Made by a program: the position numbers and the translations under genes
The notes under the pieces: model-generated
Told to the model about the DNA's origin: nothing
Databases searched by the model: none
What the model saw: only the letters and a program-made list of their open reading frames with translations
Assembly: GCA_965649115.1 (NCBI GenBank)
Contig: CBFGJN010000013.1
Span: 1-38,509, forward strand
From: a candidate division WOR-3 bacterium
GTDB taxonomy: Bacteria > Hydrothermota > Hydrothermia > LBFQ01 > DSFT01
Direction: 5' to 3'
DNA length: 38,509 nt
Part shown: positions 35,459 to 38,509 of the stretch, in pieces
How positions within the stretch are numbered: the first letter of the stretch is position 1
Layout: the number at the start of each line of letters is the position of its first letter

Positions 35459-36157
35459 TTGAAAATTTTACACTTATATTATGACTTGATGAGCACCTAT
35501 GGAGATAGAGGAAATGTAATTATTCTTTTCAAAATAGCAGAGCACTTGAACTTAAAGCCAAAGCTTATAAAATACAGAATTGGAGATAAAATAAATGAAA
35601 AGGTTGATTTTATATTTATAGGAGGTGGTGAAGATTGGCAACAAGAAATTATTTATAATGATTTTAAGAATTTAAAAAACTATATTTTTGAACACGTTGA
35701 AGAAAACAAACCATTACTTGCCATATGTGGTGGATATCAATTATTAGGTAAGTTCTACAAAACTATTGAAGGTAAAATTATTGAAGGCTTAGGGATATTT
35801 GATATTTGGACAATAGCAGGGAAAAAAAGATTAGTAGGTAATTTAATTATTGATAGTTTTTTAGGGAAAATTGTAGGTTTTGAAAATCATTCAGGTAGAA
35901 CTTACATAAATGGTTCTCCACTTGGTAAGGTTATAATGGGAAGTGGTAATAATGGCGAAGACAAAACAGAAGGCTATATTTATAAAAGAGCAATCGGAAC
36001 TTATATGCACGGACCTTTCTTATCAAAAAATCCCGAAATAGTAAAATTTATAATCAATTCAGTTTTCAATGATGAAATAAATTTCAATTTTGATTTAGAA
36101 TTAAAAGCTAAAATGAAAGCTTTAAGTTTTAAAAGACTAAATGAAGGTAGAATTTAA
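35459..36157 (+). CDS. gatD: Type 1 glutamine amidotransferase, GatD/CobQ-like
   Basis: HLY.DLMSTYGDRGN, ICGGYQLLG, GFENHSGRT, GTYMHGP.LSKNP. Confidence 0.82.
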   Translation: MKILHLYYDLMSTYGDRGNVIILFKIAEHLNLKPKLIKYRIGDKINEKVDFIFIGGGEDWQQEIIYNDFKNLKNYIFEHVEENKPLLAICGGYQLLGKFYKTIEGKIIEGLGIFDIWTIAGKKRLVGNLIIDSFLGKIVGFENHSGRTYINGSPLGKVIMGSGNNGEDKTEGYIYKRAIGTYMHGPFLSKNPEIVKFIINSVFNDEINFNFDLELKAKMKALSFKRLNEGRI

Positions 36158-37107
36158 TTTTTAATAGGTGTTTTTTCAATTATTTCATTTAGAATTAATT
36201 CCTTAGTTATGTTATCTGCTTCTGCCAAAAAGTTTAAAATAATTCTATGTCTTAAAACATCAAAAAAAATGTACCTAACATCCTCTGTTGTGGCAAAATC
36301 TTTTCCTTCAATGAATGCTTTTGCCTTTGCTCCAAGAATTAAAAATTGACTTGCCCTTGGCCCTGCCCCAAACTGAATGTACTTTTTAACAATTTCCAAA
36401 TCAGTTTCAGAAGGTCTGGTTTTTCTAACAAGATTTATAGCATATCTAATAACATGATCACCTATAGGAACCTGTCTAACTTTCATTTGAATTGTTAGAA
36501 TATCATCCTTATTTAATACTTTCTGAGCTTCATAATTTTGTTCAATAGTTGTTCTCTTTACTATCTCTATCTCATTTTCAAATGTTGGATAATCCAAGAT
36601 AATTTCCATCATAAATCTATCTACCTGTGCTTCCGCAAGCGGATATGTTCCTTCTTGTTCTATTGGATTTTGAGTTGCTAAAACGAAAAATGGTTCTTCA
36701 AGTTCATAAGTTTTACCAAGAACAGTCACTCTTCTTTCCTGCATTGCTTCAAGTAATGCTGATTGCGTTTTAGGAGGTGTTCTATTTATTTCATCTGCTA
36801 AAATAATGTTAGCAAATATAGGACCTTTTACAAACTGAAAGAACCTTCCATTAGGACCTTCCTGAATAATTTCAGTTCCAAGAATATCCATAGGCATTAA
36901 ATCAGGTGTAAATTGAATTCTGCTAAATTTCAAATCAAGAACCTCAGATAAGGTTTTAACCATAAGTGTTTTAGCAAGTCCTGGAACACCAACAAGTAAA
37001 ACATGACCTTTTGAAAACATACAAATTAAAATTTTATTTATTACATCTTCATAATTTACAATAACTTTTGAGATTTCCAATTTCAATCTATTTATTTTTT
37101 CAATCAT
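36154..37107 (-). CDS. MoxR-family AAA+ ATPase
   Basis: GVPGLAKT, RIQFTPDLMP.D, DEINRTPPKTQSALLEAM, NPIEQEGTYPL. Likely start ATG 37107. Confidence 0.93.
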   Translation of the reverse strand: MIEKINRLKLEISKVIVNYEDVINKILICMFSKGHVLLVGVPGLAKTLMVKTLSEVLDLKFSRIQFTPDLMPMDILGTEIIQEGPNGRFFQFVKGPIFANIILADEINRTPPKTQSALLEAMQERRVTVLGKTYELEEPFFVLATQNPIEQEGTYPLAEAQVDRFMMEIILDYPTFENEIEIVKRTTIEQNYEAQKVLNKDDILTIQMKVRQVPIGDHVIRYAINLVRKTRPSETDLEIVKKYIQFGAGPRASQFLILGAKAKAFIEGKDFATTEDVRYIFFDVLRHRIILNFLAEADNITKELILNEIIEKTPIKN

Positions 37108-38269
37108 AATTAAATTCAAAATGTTTTAAAAATTCTTTTAAGTAAGATAAGAATTTTCTTCCATCAAAAATTTCATAAGGCATAAAAACTCCATAGCTCT
37201 CATATTTTAAAACATCAATTTCTTTAATTATTCCAAGTACTGAAATAACGCAACCATAACCTGTCATTTTTTGCATAGCTGTCCATCTATCATCATGTAG
37301 TATAATTCCATTAAATTCCTTAGTTGTATTTCCAGAACTTCCAATAACCTTCATTAGGACAATATCTTGATTAGTTTTTGGAATAATTTTTTCGAGCATT
37401 TGAATTGTTGTACTTTTCAAACCTCTTACCTCGTCAAAAAATCCAAGGTTAAATAGTGTTTTTATAACTTCATAATGACCCTTATATCTTATCGTCTTAT
37501 ATTCTAAATTTCTACAAGAGCAATCAAATGGCATAAGGGAAGCACCATCAGAAGTTATAATAGCTTCTAAATCAGAGATATAATAATATCCATTTTTGTA
37601 GTTTAACTTTTGAAAATTTTTCAACTTTTCATAAATTTCTGAACTTTTAAATTTTATCTCTATTTCCTCAATATCTGTCAATAGTCCTTGATTAAAAATA
37701 ATATTACTATTTTTTCTTGAAACCGACAAATCTGTATATTCTTGGATAAGACCTTCAATTGACCAGGTTGTAGCATATCTTAAAGGTCCTCCAACATTAG
37801 GATTCACTGGCAAACCACCTGTATATAAATAAACATTATCAAAACCCTCTTCAATAAATAATTTACCTATTATATTTATAATTCCAGGTGCTAATCCCGT
37901 TTCAGGAACAACAATAACCTTTTTTGACTTTGCAAGGCTATTATAAGACTTTTGTTTTAGTGTAGTCCAAGTGCTTTGGCCCAGATCTACATAGTTAGAA
38001 CCAACTTCAATTGCTAATTGCGTATAATACAAGTTATTATAAAATGTTGTGGCATTAATAATAATATCAGGTTTGAGCTTGTTTAAAGCATCATAAATAA
38101 TTTCATTTAATTTTCTTAAAGACTTCACATTTTCAAATTGTTTTATAGTTTCTTCTTCTCTATTTATATTAATATCATAAACAAAAATATCAAAATTTTT
38201 AAATTCATTTAATTGTTCTAAAATTGCATAACCCATTCTTCCTAAACCAAAAATTACAATTTTCTTCAT
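37100..38269 (-). CDS. Saccharopine dehydrogenase / lysine 6-dehydrogenase family protein
   Basis: GLGRMG, YVDLG, GLAPG, GGLP...Y..TWSIEGLIQEY, YKTIRYKGH, AM.KMTG. Confidence 0.85.
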   Translation of the reverse strand: MKKIVIFGLGRMGYAILEQLNEFKNFDIFVYDININREEETIKQFENVKSLRKLNEIIYDALNKLKPDIIINATTFYNNLYYTQLAIEVGSNYVDLGQSTWTTLKQKSYNSLAKSKKVIVVPETGLAPGIINIIGKLFIEEGFDNVYLYTGGLPVNPNVGGPLRYATTWSIEGLIQEYTDLSVSRKNSNIIFNQGLLTDIEEIEIKFKSSEIYEKLKNFQKLNYKNGYYYISDLEAIITSDGASLMPFDCSCRNLEYKTIRYKGHYEVIKTLFNLGFFDEVRGLKSTTIQMLEKIIPKTNQDIVLMKVIGSSGNTTKEFNGIILHDDRWTAMQKMTGYGCVISVLGIIKEIDVLKYESYGVFMPYEIFDGRKFLSYLKEFLKHFEFNYD

Positions 38270-38300
38270 AAGTTTGAAAAGTTTAAAGCTAAATAAATTT

Positions 38301-38505
38301 TGCCTTGTCTAATAATTCTGGAATTATTTATTTTTCTTTATTTTCCCACCCACCCTATATTCAAGGCTTCGCCTTTAAAATACCCATATTTCGGCTTTGG
38401 GGGGCGAAGCCCCCCTAATAATCCCCCCAATAAATCAACAATTTCCTTAAAAATTTTATAAATTATTGATTATCAATCGCTTAACAATAATTATTGGACA
38501 AAGCA
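38301..38505 (-). mobile_element. Full-length MITE-like element (205 bp), best-preserved copy
   Basis: TIRs TGCCTTGTCTAATAATT / AATTATTGGACAAAGCA (15 of 17 match); all internal modules present. Confidence 0.8.
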
Positions 38506-38509
38506 ATTT

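Noticed and set aside
38297..38509. ATTT target-site duplication around the last copy
   Set aside because: A 4-bp AT match is expected by chance here and is not reproduced at 26033-26239 or around the individual 35-kb copies

Overview
Very AT-rich (visibly low-GC) chromosomal window from a diderm, probably thermophilic bacterium. The gene mix (Lpt, PorX-like regulator, T9SS-type C-terminal domains, Trm1, MerA) suggests an FCB-related lineage such as WOR-3; this is inference only. The coding content is mostly housekeeping genes in scrambled order: Mn/Zn ABC transporter, mer cluster, acyl-CoA synthetase, lipA-ribA, murB-ftsA-ftsZ-trm1, porX-cstA-lptB, S8 protease, tRNA-Gln(CTG), pyrC, fabH-lptC, gatD, moxR. 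Three patterns stand out. (1) A ~205-bp non-coding element with ~16-bp terminal inverted repeats, an inverted pair of IHF-consensus sites, covarying GNA-triloop hairpins and a GGGTGGGTGGG tract occupies most large intergenic regions. In five cases it ends 21-22 bp upstream of a -10 box. (2) A CTTTAAAAT -10-like box sits 6-7 nt before the start codon of most operon-first genes, and 8 nt before the tRNA, implying pervasive leaderless mRNAs. (3) At least seven apparently exported proteins, four with T9SS-like C-terminal domains, begin with an ultra-short hydrophobic N-terminus that has no positively charged n-region, in place of a classical signal peptide.
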